From positions 45,044,001 through 45,108,000 of the forward strand of contig JASCQW010000162.1 in NCBI GenBank assembly GCA_030264375.1: 64,000 nucleotides of DNA, in the 5' to 3' direction. The translations under genes were made by a program, and so were the position numbers. Below the pieces are notes generated by a model. It was not told the DNA's origin. It worked only from the letters and a program-made list of their open reading frames with translations, and did no database searches. This document shows positions 1 through 13,559 of the stretch, in pieces. This DNA comes from Carcharhinus longimanus (Eukaryota). How positions within the stretch are numbered: the first letter of the stretch is position 1; every line of letters begins with the position of its first letter.

Positions 1-329
1 GAGGGAGGCCAGCAATGGAGATGGCCATCGGAAAGAGGAGGGGAGGGTTAGTCTGCTTAGTGGGTCAGGCTGAAGGGGGGGCTCGACACTGCGGGTTGGG
101 GGGACGACAGGACTGAGGAAGGGGGGTCAGTGCTGCAGGGAGGTTGGAGTTTGGGACTGAGGGAGAATCGGGGGTGATTCAGGCTGGGGCTGGATCAACA
201 CTGGGTTCAGGCATGTTTGTGGGGGCCAATGATTGGGCTGTCAAGGGGTGGAGGACAAGGAATGCGGGAGTCACAGGAAGGCAGCAGTGTGGGGCAATGA
301 GCTTGCACCATAGTCCACACCCAGCTGAC

Positions 330-1100
330 AAATTTGGCAAATGTTTAGCTAAGTTGTTCACAAACCTAACAAATCATTTCGCTGCTTTCACGTCTGTTGG
401 TCACTGCATTGCTGCTAAAACTCTCACCTTATCAGGATCTTGGTGATGACCTTTTGCCATCAATACATTATCTATGTACTTGATGTTGGGCATCTTCAGT
501 TGCAATATGTTCTCGTTCAGCTTCAGATTTATCTGGCAAGCTTTCTCTAGCAGTCATATAAAACAAAAGCTTCTCAATTTTCATAGCCTATATCTTAAAT
601 GAAGATCTTGGTCCGTTTTTGGCTCCTTCCATTGTGTCTCCACATTTATAGATTAGTAGATTATCCACTATGGCTCTCACTCCAGGAAGATGACTGATTA
701 TCTCATGTTGTCTATGTTGATACTCTCCTAGAGCCACAGAAATGACAAATGGCACATGCAAACATCTGTGTCTCCCAAACAGCATCCAGAATGGCATTAG
801 ACGGCCTCTGCTTTCATCCAGCTTTACTTGCCAGTAACCATCTTTCAAATCTAGGGTGGTGAATAGCTTTGGCTTGTCAATTTGCAACAGCATTCCTTCG
901 ATGGTTGGCATGGGGTAGTGGATTTCTTCAGCGCTTTGTTTAGATCCTTAGGGTCATCATACTCACAGTTTTCCAGGTTGTTTCACTCCCACCATGCAGC
1001 AAATCAAGTCTGTAGGAGTTGCCGCTTTTTGATGACTTCACTCTTTTCCAGCTCTTCTGTCTTGTTTTTTAAGCTTAACTTGAGGGCAGCTGGAACTCTT
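330..1100 (-). mobile_element. Ty3/Gypsy LTR retrotransposon pol (reverse transcriptase) remnant
   Basis: ORF 588-911 (LPTIE..FTTLDLKDGYWQVKLDE..FGR..VPF..EYQ..IVDNLLIY) follows Gypsy RT motifs, with the catalytic DD changed to DN. Downstream NLAKHLPNLS resembles the RT/RNase H junction. Interrupted by stops and frameshifts. Confidence 0.85.
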
Positions 1101-3849
1101 CTTGGCAGATGCTGAATTGTCCAGGCTTGTTAATTAAATATGTTGCATCTCCAAGTTTTGCAATCGTAAGTGGGAAAACTACCAGTTTTGCTGCATATCA
1201 CTGACTAGGAGTGGGATGGGAAAATTTACTGCAGCCATTTTTTACTCATTCAGAATTTGCTTACAGCTTTTGTCTGTTTTCTTTTGTCCTTTTCAGTAGC
1301 ATTTTTGCAGGTTTGAACCTTTCTGTGTTTCTTCCTTAGCTATGTCTTCTCTGTAGCCAGTATTTTACTTGCAACTTTTATTTTTGTCCTTTTTTCAGCA
1401 GTTTTTCTGCAGATTCTAACTTTTCTGTGTCCCTGACCTCTCAGTGTGTTCTCCATATCATTTCCAGCATTCAAAAATCAAGTTCTTCTTCACGTTCTGA
1501 CATCATGAGTGGGATTTTCCAACTGCGGCCTCCCTGTCACCACTCCCGTGGTGGGCAGGATGGGAAAATTTCACCCCATGTTTCATACATAAGGACTGAA
1601 GGGGCAGAATTGTAAAGGCCCTCCTGCCAATGGGGATTTCCAGTCCTACTGAAGACAATGGGCTTTTGCATGGCTTGCCATATTTCACAGGCCCACCCTT
1701 GCCATGACTGGGCCATAAAATTTCATCCCAGACATTCATTGGTGAGTGTCTCAATGAGAGGCTTTATTGAACTGCTGTTAAGATGTTTGCCCCCAGGGGC
1801 AGCCTCATGACATAGTCAGATGGTTGCGAAAAGCCAGATGTTTCAATCAGACTGGTTACATTTACAACCCAAACTGTCAGAACTTAGAAGGACTTTGCAG
1901 CTGGAATTGGTGCCATATATGCTGAGCCAATTGCCCAGTAAATCTGTGAGATACATCTTTGTCGTATCCGTGAATTAATGTGCAATTTGTAATGACCACA
2001 ATTTGTCCCTCAATCCAGTCTTAATTTATGTCGATTTTTGTTTGACTGTTGAAGTAAAAGTTGTAAAAGCGGCTAACTCATTGGGGTTGTTCAGTTAATT
2101 TGGTTCTTATGGACTGTTTGAACCCACTGAGTTTGTAACAAGTATATCTGAGTAATTGCATAAGCAAAAATATGACCATTTAATGGAAAAAGGATCATGT
2201 ATAAAGCAAAAGAGGTGCTCCATAGATATTGAAAAAAATAGTCATGCATGTGACTCAGGTTAGCATCCAAAGACACACTGTCTTAAGGTTGTACAGCTTC
2301 AAGGATGAGTATACAGCCCCTTTGCTGTGAGACACTCAGGCCACAGTTTTACAGATCTGCCAAAGTGTATCTCCCTTCAAGCAGATGTGGCAGGCCATTT
2401 AAATTGACGTTTACTTTGGTGGTACCGTAATATCCTGCCAGCCAGGAGGGGCCATAAAATCCTGGCTTCAAGCCTAGTCATGTTCATCTCCCGTCACTGC
2501 ACAATAAGCCTCCATCATGATCAGTGAGAGTCTAGACATGTCTGATGTAAACAACCACAATAAAACCAAATGAAGAAGGGAAAGGTTGCTCTTTATAAAA
2601 ATAATTATTGCGTCAATTTGTTCAAAATGTCCTGGTGGAATCTCACCCCTGCCAATCAGCACCTTGCCCTCCAAAATCAACATGAAGCTGAGGTAACTTA
2701 CAAAAGAACCAAAATGTAGGTGGAAAAAAAAAATCAATGTTAAACAAAAATTCTCATGCCCTTGCTGCTCAGAATTATTCTCTGTGGTACATCAGTTATT
2801 CAAACCATATCTGAAGCTCCTTAAAGGCATTTAGCGAATGGATCTTTTTTTTCAAAATTGGTTGGTGATTCGTCAGCCCTAAACCAAATAGTGGGCCTGT
2901 TTCCAATTAAATTATCATCTAAAATAAAAAACGGCAACAAACCTAGCTAAGCTGAAACAGAATCTAAAAGAGCCATGGGAAGCCATTCCTGCGTTCTTCA
3001 CATGGATTTGGTGAGACCTACGGAGAAACAGCTGCAAAGGGTTATCTGAAACAGAAGTTGTACCACCAAGTATTGATTTGTGAAGGATATTTGCTTCGAA
3101 TGCCTGACTGGAGGAATAGATCTTTTGCTAATAAGCAGGGTAATTTCCATACTTTTTCCCTCAAATCTCTTTGACAAATAACCTTCAAATCACGAGAAGT
3201 TAAATAGCTGTACGTCTATAAACGTTACAATAACCATGGTACTTTACCTAACATAAACAGGATAGTGATACACTAAAAATCTATTTCATTTTTATTATGT
3301 CAAGATATATACAAAACTAAAAGTATCTTTTGTTCTAGAAAGATTTGGAATAACTTATTAATTTAAATTAGGTCAAAGATATGTTTTCATTTGCAGTCCA
3401 AATTACCCAAAATGAAAAATCGAGTTTATAAGTTGCCAGAGAAAGAATATTCTCAAGGGGCTTTGTTTTGTGTGTAAATTGTATTTATGTCATGAGTACA
3501 ATATGTTTGATGGTATGATAAGCTTCATTTGATGGTATTTATGCAGATTACAAGATAGATACAGATGATGAATTCTACTCAACCCTCCTTTTATCATCCA
3601 GTTTGCTCCAGTGTCACTATTTCCATAATCACCTTTTAAGTTACCACTTACAATCATCTCTCGTGGTTGCCTCCTTCTAAGTTCAACCAACTCAAATTTC
3701 TCTACTTTTCCCTTACAATTCTGCCTTCTAACACTAGGGTCCCCTTCAAGCCTCATCTCTATGTTGAAACCAGGATTTAGCTGCCTGCTTATTACAAGAC
3801 AACATTAAGTAGGTTGATATTCACCTTGGCGCTTCTTAGGCAAAATCAA

Positions 3850-4060
3850 GTTTCTATCCAATGACCCTTGATGGAAAATGTGCACGTGTGGACATTGGAC
3901 AAGAAGTGGTCAGACTCTAGTTTGATGCCACCCACAGTTCCTGTTGAATCCACTTTGTCCGGGGTCACATTTTAAAAAGTTACTTCAATCAGGAACTAGA
4001 GAACAGCCAGAAGTAGTGGAACTGGATCTGAGTATCAGTCAACAGCCCTGGGAAAAGCAA
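3850..4060 (+). mobile_element. Ancient tRNA-derived SINE relic (AmnSINE2-like core)
   Basis: ctatccaatgacccttgatggaaaatgtgcacgtgtggacattgg... resembles the AmnSINE2 core as I recall it; a related copy lies on the minus strand at ~62140-62380. Confidence 0.5.
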
Positions 4061-4924
4061 AAAGAAAACTGACAGAAATAAGGGACATCGCTGCACGTAA
4101 AAAAAATAAAATTGTATCACGTAATAGAGGTTCTGTGAAATAATTTAACAAAATTTATTTTGAAATTAAGAATATTAAATTAAAATTTGAAAATTGATGT
4201 AGAATCACATCTAATCTAGGCTGCTATGTTGAACTTCCAGATGTAGGCAACTGTCATATATTGAGCCAGGTTTGATCAAGCTATAACTAATCATGAAAAA
4301 TATGCGGGCAAAATAATAGGCATTACAATCCAATCTTAACCCCAGCATCCAATGAGAATGGGGTGTGCTGAAGTTAAAAATTATGGCAAGGTAATACTTG
4401 TTGGACCTTCACTGATTTCACACCATTTATCATCTACACCTCAGGCATGCAAAGGCCAAACTGAAACTCAAAAATCTGGGTCTGATGATGTCTTTTAGGC
4501 CCGAATGCCATTTTAACAGATTTCTATTATGATCAGTGCCTGGTGTAACTGTGGTCCTCGTACTAAAAGGATGATCCCTTGGATCATCTTCAGTTGTAAT
4601 CAAGGATTATGGCAAGATTTTTAAACAAAATTAGCAGTCTGTTTAGTGATTCTATATGCATTCTGGCAAAAGAAAAGGAGATCTTATAATTTAGCTTCCT
4701 ACATAAGATTTTAAATCTCTATAGGATCAAAATACACCTTGAATTGAGCTATTAAAATTATAAACAATCACTAAGTTACCATTTTAGTATAAGAATTGGA
4801 TCCCATGTTAGTACTGGGCATTTTCAATCGATGGTACTGATATATAACGTGCATTCCTTACTCTGTGCTGTGATTATCCTCAGTTTTACACACAAGTTTT
4901 CGTGTTTCATTGAAGCATATGATC

Positions 4925-7900
4925 ATACACATAGGAACATATGAATTAGGCACAGTAGTGGACCATCCAGCCCTTTTTAGAGTGCTCTGCCATTCAATAA
5001 GATTATGGCTGATTTGACCGCAGCCTCAACTTCATATTTCACCCACCTGCCAAATTCCTTTGACTCCCTTATTAGTCAAGAACATTTCAACTACTGCCTT
5101 AATATTGAATGACCAGCCTTTACCATATTCTGGGGAACAGAGTTCCAAAGATTCACGACCCTCTGTGAGGAAACATTTCTCCTCATCTCTGTCCTAACTG
5201 GGAGGCCCCATATTTTTAAACTGTGTCCCCAAGTTCTGGTTTCGCCCACAAAGGGAAGCATCCTTTTAGTTTCCACCTTGCAAGCCCCCTGAGAAAATTA
5301 TATGTTTTAATAAAATCACCTCTTGATCTTCTAAATGCCAACGGATACAGGCCCTGTCTGTCCGACCTTTATAATAAGGTAACTCCATCCTGGTATCAGT
5401 CAAGTGAACCTTCCCCAGACTGCTTCGATCTCATTTATATCCTTTCATAAGTAAGGAGACAGAAACTGCACGCAATACTGTATGATGTGGAGATGCCGGC
5501 ATTGGACTGGAGTAAACATAATAAGAAGTCTCACAACACCAGGTTAAAGTCCAACAGGTACACAATATTGTAGACATGGTCATGTCAAAGCCCTGTACAA
5601 CTGTAGCAAAATATCACTACTTTTATATTGGATTTCCCTTGCAATAAACAACAACATTTCATTTGCCTTTTTAATCATTGATATAGCTAGATATTAACTT
5701 TTCCTGACTCGTGTACTAGTACCCACAGCTTCCTCTGTAACTCAGAGTTCTGTAAACTCTCTCCAAGTGCTCCTTTTATATTCTTTTTGCCAAAGTGGAC
5801 AAGTTTACATTTTCCCAATTTTTGCCCACTCACTTAACCTATCTATATCCCCTTGCTGACACCTTGGGCAGCATATTAAAGGGAGGCAGGTAGACAGTTG
5901 GCAACTCAAAGTGAAGTCAGTGCGGAGCTGACTTGCTCCACATCAGCCCACCCTACAGCCATAATGCTAATAAGGTTTCACCCTTCACTGGGGAAGAAGT
6001 TGCGTCCAAAGACTTTGTTGGTTAAGTAGATTAGCTGACTGTTCTAGCAGGACTGCATTAGTAAGTCCTGCTCAAACTGCAAGCAGCCCCAAGAATAAGG
6101 CTCATTGGTCCCAGAGCAAGTAAATCTATGGTCTTCCACTGAGCAGCTGGGTGAAAGGAAGTCACTATCTTAGGGGGGGCTGCTCTACAATGTGCAAAGG
6201 GCATGCCCAGAAGATAGCAGCCTTCCCCACCCCCCTCCACCTCACCCCACTTCCTTTCTGCCCTTTGAAAAAGTTTTTTAAAAAGATGGCCTGCCCACTT
6301 CCACCCAACTGCTCAGACCAACTGTGCAATGAACTGGACAACATATTATCTCAGTCAATTGGGATGGACTTCATCCTAAAGTCTTAAAAGAAATGGCCAC
6401 TGAGATAATGCATTGGTGAATGATGTTAGCAAGTTCAATTCAATCTTGGTTATTTATTTAAATATGGTCGGCGAGCTGCTGATTACAGAACCTGCCCACC
6501 CCTGTGTTATGGGGTGAACTCCACAATAGACAAGAGGATGATGGAGTTGGCACACCCATTTTTTTGTGGCTCCCACACTGAAAAACACACCAAGTGGGGC
6601 ACATAAAATTCAGTTCTTTATGTCTCCTTTACAACTTATCTCTCTTTGTGCCATCAGCAAATTTTAACAACCATACATTTGGTCCCTTCATCCAGGCCAT
6701 CAATATAAATATAAATAGATGAACTCCCAGCAATGATCCCTTTGGCGCTCTACTCTGCATATCTTACCTATCTGAAAATGATCTGTTTATGCCTACACTC
6801 TGTTTCTTGTTAGCTAACGAATAATCCTTCCAACCTAATACATCACCCTACAAAATCATGATCTCCTATGTTGCATGGTAATCTTTGATGTGGCACCTTA
6901 TCAAATGCCTTCTGTAAATCCAAGTACAGCACATCCACAGGTTCCCCTTTATCCCTGATGCACATTACTTCCTCAAAGGACTCCAATAAATTAGTCAAAC
7001 ATGATTTCCCTTTTGCTAAACCACGTTGACTCTGATTGCATTGAGATTTTCCAAGTGACCTGCTATACTGTCCTTGATAATAGAATCATAAAATCCCTAT
7101 GGTGCAGAAGAGGCCATTAGGCCCACCAAGTCTGTACCCACTCTCTAGAATCCAGCAATTGCCTGACAAATGTTAAGCCAACTGACTTGTAGTTTCCTGT
7201 TTTCTGACTCTCTCCTTTCTTGAAGAGAGGAGCCACATTCACTGTTTTCCAATCTGACGAGAGCTTCTCAGAATCTAGGGAATTTTGAAAAATTTAAAAC
7301 CAATGCAGTGGCCATTTCTTTTAAGACTTTAGGATGAAATCCACGTGGGACTTGACAGCTTTCAATTCTAATTATTTTCTCAGTACTCTTTCCATGGTGA
7401 TTGTAATTGTTTTAAGTTCCCCCCTCTCTTCCACCTTGTGATTCATAATTATTTCTGGGATGTTATTTGTAAACTCTACAGAGAAGACAGGCACAAAATA
7501 TTTGTTTAATTCATCGTCATTTCCTTAATTTCCATTACTAGTTTCACCATCATCACCCTCTAGATCACAATGCTCACCTTAGTTACTCATTTCCTTGTTA
7601 AAGACTTAGATACTCTTATTATCTATTTTTATATTTCTCGTCCTCCCTCTTAATTAATCTTTTAGTCACCCTTTGCTGTTCTTTATATTCTGTCCAATAT
7701 TCCAGCATGACACTGATCATTGTCAAATTATATACTTTTTCTTTCAATTTGATACAACCTTTAACTTCTTTAGCTAACTTTGGATGATGTTTCATTCTCT
7801 CAGTCTTTCTTTCTCACTAGAATATATTTTTTCTGAGTATTCTGAAATATCTCTTTAAATATTCATTTAATATTTCATTTCCATTGGCCTAGCCCTTAAC

Positions 7901-9960
7901 CTAATTTCCCAGTTCACTTTAGTCAGCTCTGTCTTCATGCCTCATGATTACTCTTATTTAAGCTTAAAACACTAGTCATAGATTCACTCCTCTTTCCCTC
8001 AAACTGAATGTGAAATTTAATCATGTAATGATCACTGCTCCTAGGGGTGCCTTTAATTCTGTCATTAATCCTGTCCTATTGCACATTAGCCAATCCAGTA
8101 TAGCCTGATCTCTGGTTGGTGCTGATATGTGTTGTTCTAAGAAACTGTTTCAAAAATACTTTATGAACTCGTCTTCCAGACTACCTTTGCCAATCTGATT
8201 TGTCCAGTCTATATGTAAATTAAATCAATCAATCTCACAAGTCCCCATTATTTCTTCCTGTATTCCCCATCCTACTACGTGTTTTGGTGGGGAGAATCTA
8301 TAAATCAGTTCTGCAAGTGACTTCTCACTTTTACTATTTCTCATCTCTATTCAACTGATTCTATATCTTAGGCTCCAGAACTAAGATCATCTCTCTCTCT
8401 ATTGTACCAATATCATCCTTAATTAACAGAGCTACCCTTCCACCTTTTAAGAACTTCCTATCCTTCTAAATGTCATGTAACTTTGAATATTCAGATCTCA
8501 GTTTTTGACATCCCACAGCTACGTCTCTGTAATGGCTATCAGATCATACATATTTATTTTTATTTGTACTGTCAATACATCTGTTTTGTTATGAATACTG
8601 CATGATTTTGGATACAGAACCTTTCATTCTGCTTTTTTAAACTTTTTTTGTCACCTCTATCCTTATCTGTTGGTGCACTCTCAGGTTTGTACATTTGTCC
8701 CTTCTTACCTTGCTCTGATCCTCACTCCCCTAATTCCTACTTACTCTTTTGTCTTGTTTTATCTATTCAATTTATCTCAGCTTCCCAAACTTGATCCCTT
8801 GTCCCCACAATTTAGCTTAAAGCCCTCTCTACTGCCCTAATTATATGACTTGTGAGAACACTCATCCCAAAGTGGTTCAGGGAAAGACTGTCCTAATGGT
8901 ATGGCTCCCACTTTCCCCTATACCAATGCTACTGTCCCACAAGCAATCCTCCTACATAAATCTTTGAGCCACACATTTAACTTGCTAATCTGATTTATCC
9001 AATGTCAATTTGCTTATGACACAGGCGGTAATCCAGAGATTATTACCTTTGATGTTCTGCTTGGTACTATAGCTTCTAGCTGCTCATACACCGCAGCAGA
9101 ACATCTCCCCTAGTTCTGCCTATATTATTGTTACCTATGTGGACTACAAGCACTGGATCCTCCCCACTCCTCCTGCAGCTTCATCTCCAGCCCAGAATAA
9201 ATGTCCCAAACCCTGGAACTGGGCAGGCAACACTGCCATCTGGTTTGTCCTTCCCCCTGATTATACTGTCCCCAACTACCACCACATTTTGATTCATTCC
9301 CCTTTCATGAATGGCTTCCTTTATCATGGTTCATGATCAGTTTACTCATCCACCTTGCAGCCACCAATTTTATCCGTATAGGCTGCAGGAAATTGATAAA
9401 ATGGATAAATAAAAGACCCAAGTATTACTTGAGGCCAGGGCAAGTGTAGGAACTGTGAAGAAAGCATCATGCTCAACCACAATCACAGTTGCACAGTCAG
9501 TCCAAGCTCCACCCAGACGAATCTTGTTACCAGGATCACCTGAACCACTCTCTTAAAGGCACATAACACGCCAAACTAATATATAACAGTTATCTCCTGA
9601 TTCAGGTGTGAAACCTGCCTCAAACCTGTTGAACAATTACAAAGCCTGAGGCTTCTCCACTTCTACCTTCTAAATCCCCCTACCTGTATCATTCACAGTC
9701 TTACCCTCTTGTCCCTGACCATTGACTAAACCAGAAGACCCTATTCTAAAGGGTGTGACTGGCTCCTGATACAAAGTGTCCAGGAAATTTTGCCCTTCCA
9801 TGATGCATTACAGTTTCCACAGCTTGGCCTCCTGACTCTGAGTCAAAGCCCTTCAAGCCACAGACACTTCACAGACATGTTTGCCCTGGATTACCCAGGT
9901 ACCCAGGATCTCTCACATTCTGCAGTTGCAACATATCACTTGCCCTGCCATTGTTGTTAC
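4925..9960 (-). mobile_element. Degraded, probably near full-length CR1-like LINE with nested insertions
   Basis: 3' tail at ~4925. ORF2 C-terminus ETRTWGHSLK..RTEMRRN..SQRVVNLWNS (5091-5276) and RT motif VDVLYLDLQKAFDKVPH (6888-6938). Upstream portion continues to ~9960. Interrupted by a Penelope-like fragment (~5484-5558), MITE-like DNA (~5866-6610) and a LINE/SINE tail (~7080-7145). Confidence 0.75.
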
Positions 9961-11499
9961 ACATGAATTAATTTATTTTTAATTAATTTATAATTAATAA
10001 ACACTGTTATTCCCAACAACCTTTACTACTCCAGTAAGCCTTACTACAACTAATAAAATCTTCCACTTACTAACAAATTACTAGTGTTGAAGATAAATGA
10101 GGAAATATTCATCTCTTTTTGTCTGTTTTTGCTAGGTGGTAGTTACTATCTCTGGGTCCATATATTTAGCTGTATAAGAGGAATCTTATCTGTCAAAATA
10201 TCTCTCATCATAACCATCTTTCCATTGAACATTCAGTATCCTAACTATAATAGCTGTCCTAACTATTCATTCAATGGGATAGATTCATTTATCCAATATC
10301 AGCTGTAAAATCATGATACTGTTCTCATGAAGGGTTTTGACATTGTGAACCAGCTGCAGGAAAACATACGAGAGTTCAGCTGGCTGCCAGATTCACACAA
10401 GGATCAGGAGATAACACATTGTGGAAGATTAAACAAGGCCCGATGTTAAAATAGCTCATTGGCGATCCGGATTGTGCCTGCTGCTTTCGCCACAGGTCCT
10501 ATGCTTACCTTGTTTCAAGTAAAACTGGGTCCATTACCTACATAATTCTTTGTTTCCCTAACTAGTATCACATGATGACAGTATATAATACAACAATATA
10601 CTTGTATTCCTACGTCTCAACTTGAAATGGATTTTATTCCAGATGATCCACAGAACAATAAGATATAATGACAATATGCAGAATCTGTTGAAATCCAGCT
10701 GTTCTGCTTAAATCCTTTCTTTTCCTTCCCTGATTTCATTTGGCTGTGCTCAGTTGTACACACTGGCCAGCAGTTGTCTCTCCTGTTGTCTTTGCAGAGC
10801 AATTGTTGTAAATGTGCAGGAAGAACAAGAACAATACTACTTTAAGTCTTCCTACTATTCTTGGAAGAGCTGTTTTGTTGCTATGGTGATTGTATGGGGT
10901 CAAAAGTTTCAATCTTTTTCAGGTTTGGAAGATCACCAAATCTGCTTTATATTGGGATATTGAATATTCCCAAGAAGAAAAGCAAAGGCAGGGAGCTCTG
11001 ACTCAGGGGTAACAGTGATCCAGCTTCTGGGTAAATAAACCTGTTTTACAAATATATATAGTTTCAAATTAAGAATGTAAAATGTTGTTTGGTGGCTGTG
11101 AATAAATTACATGTCACCAGCTCGTCTTCATTTACAAGTTATACTATTTGGCCAGAATTGCATACATACAGTAGAGACAAAATTATAGAAATGTAATATG
11201 TTGCTTGAAGAGACTAATGCAAAAGCTCTGAGTTGCATAGGAAGGGAATATACTGGAGAACTGGTGAGTTCAAGATGGTCTACCAGTTAGACTGCCAGAT
11301 GGAATGGATGTAAAATGTAATGTATTCATTAAAAAGAAGAAATGAGTAAGCGTGAGATAGATGTACAGCTGAGGAGTGTTAAAAGCCAGGACAAAAGCAC
11401 AGAAAATTAATTTTTGTAAAACATATTTTGATAAGAGTACGAAGGTCAGTTGGTAATGCAAATTCAGGGGGAGGAATGAAAAGTAAGGCTGCTGTGATC

Positions 11500-11600
11500 C
11501 ATGGTAAATGCTGGAAATACTCAGCAAGTCAGCTCACATCCATGGAGATGGAAACAAAATTAACATTTTAGGTTGATGGCCTTTCATCAAAACTGGGAGA
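11500..11600. mobile_element. Penelope-associated repeat end with eroded hammerhead-like core
   Basis: atgctggaaatactcagcaagtcag...ttaacattttaggttgatggcctttcatcaaaactgg; the minus strand reads TTGATGA-AAGG..CCT-AAAA, a mutated CTGATGA...GAAA core. Confidence 0.4.
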
Positions 11601-11627
11601 AATTAAAGACAGTTTATAATCAAGTAG

Positions 11628-11913
11628 TTTTAAGTTTATTTATTAGTGGCATAAGTAGGCTTACCTTAACACTGCAATGAAGTTACTGTGAAAATCCTCT
11701 TGTTGCCACACTCCAGTGCCTGTCTGGGTACACTAAAGGGCAATTTAGTATGGCCAATCGGCCTAATCAACTTGTCTTTTGGACTGTGGGAGGAAACCGG
11801 AGCACCCGGAGCACATGCAGACTTCGCACAGACAGTGACACAAGCCAGGAATCAAACTTGGGCCCCCAACACTGCTCTGTGAGGCAACAGTGCTAACCAC
11901 TGTGCCACTGTGC
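11628..11913 (-). mobile_element. HE1-like tRNA-derived V-SINE
   Basis: Reverse complement begins GCACAGTGGCACAGTGGTTAGCACTGTTGCCTCACAG; contains the V-domain (plus strand ggactgtgggaggaaaccggagcacccgga). Confidence 0.85.
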
Positions 11914-11934
11914 TCACATCAATAATTTTGTATC

Positions 11935-12078
11935 ATGAACTGTGGGAGGAAACTCTAACACCTGGAAGAAACACACAGGAAAAACGTGAAGACTCCACAC
12001 AAACAGTGACCTGAGGCTGCAAGTGAACTTGGATGCCTGGCACTGTGAGGCAGCAGTGCTAATCAAAGTGCCACCATG
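11935..12078 (-). mobile_element. Partial HE1-like SINE (5' part)
   Basis: ctgtgggagga..actccacaca..tgtgaggcagcagtgctaa..gtgccacc. Confidence 0.75.
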
Positions 12079-12589
12079 TTGCCAAAACTGTGCTGTGGGA
12101 GAAGGGATTATAGAACTAAAGAGAATGTCAATAGGGTGGAAGGTAAAGGAGGCAGTAATGAGTCAAATAAGTAAACAAAATGTAGGCCTTTTTAAAAATT
12201 CTTTCATGGGGGTCAGTGGCAAGGCCAACATTTATTGTCCACCTCTGCCAACAGCAGCACTATTACTGGTACATGGTGGGAGGGTGGGGGGAAGTGGTGG
12301 GGGGGGTGGTGTGGGGGGATTTTACATTCCCATTTTCGTTGGGTGGGATCAGCAACAGGAGCAGAAAATCTTATGGGAAGCCCAAGTTGCATTTCATGTC
12401 AACATAAAGGTGTGATATGATTTTTCACCCTCCCTTCTCCCCTCTCTCTTCACAGTGATATAAAAGGAATATCAGGATTCTATCGGATATGAGAGGAAGG
12501 CAGGATCAGCCTATCGAGTTGGATGATCAGCCATGAGCATAACAGGCAGGCTCAAAGGGCCAAATGGACTCCTATCTTCTGAGTGAATA

Positions 12590-13230
12590 AATTCCTTCTT
12601 ATCTCAGTCCTAATTGGCCAACCCCTTACCCTGAGTTAATAAATTGCCACTAACCCATGAACCCTAACCTTACTTAATACTTTATTGAATGCCTTTTGAA
12701 AATCTAAAGATGCCACATTGATTGGTCCCCCATTATCAATCCCATTAGTTACACAGACAAAAATTCTAATAAACAGGTCAAACACAATTTTCTTTCCATG
12801 AAACTATGTTGATTTTGTCTGGTTAAACTATCATTTTCTATGTGCCCTGTACCATCACTCTAATTATATATTGTAACATTTTCCATCAAACTAATGTCAA
12901 GGTAACTAATTGATAGTTCGCTTTATGTCCCCTCCCCCATACCCCTTTTTAGAAGAATGGGGATACATTTTCTATCCTCAACTCCGTGCATACTATTCCA
13001 GAATATTGGGAACTGAGGAAGATCAAAATCAATACATCTATTATCTCTGTAACCTTCACTATTAAAACCATAGGATGTAGGCCCTCATTTGTAAGATGCC
13101 TGATGGCTTTTAGTTTCATTACCTTCTTCAGTAATTTCTTTCTTAATATTAATTACTTTAAGTTCCTTATTCTCATCAAAACCTTGGTTCCTCACTGCTT
13201 CCAGCATTCTTCTTTGTCTTCTACAATGAA
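12590..13230 (-). mobile_element. CR1-like LINE ORF2 fragment
   Basis: Same RT-region landmarks as the 6.9-7.5 kb copy (aatgccttttgaaaatctaa..., tcaaacacaatttt). Confidence 0.65.
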
Positions 13231-13242
13231 ATGATTTTGTTC

Positions 13243-13532
13243 ATAGAATCCTACAATGCAGAAAGAGGCCATTTGACCCATTGAATCTGCACAATCCCAC
13301 CCAGGTCCTATCCCCATAACCCCATGCATTTACCCCAGCTAGTCCCCCTGACAACTTATCATGGCTGATCAAACTAACCTGCACTTTGGATCGTGGGAGG
13401 AAACCAGAGCACCCGGAAGAAACTCATACAGATATGGGGAGAAGGTGCAAGCTCTACATAGTGACTGAAGCTGAGAATCAAATGCAGGTCCCTAGCGTGA
13501 GGCAGCAGTGCTAAGCACTGTGCCACCGTGCC
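13243..13532 (-). mobile_element. HE1-like SINE, near full length
   Basis: Reverse complement starts GGCACGGTGGCACAGTGCTTAGCACTGCTGCCTCAC; V-domain present; LINE-derived tail (catagaatcctacaatgcagaaagaggccatt). Confidence 0.9.
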
Positions 13533-13559
13533 GGTGTGATTTGCAAAGGGAGAAAATTT

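Noticed and set aside
3825-3852. Faint resemblance to the U2 snRNA 5' end (cgcttcttaggcaaaatcaag)
   Set aside because: Too short, lacks the branch-site pairing sequence, and abuts a SINE relic.
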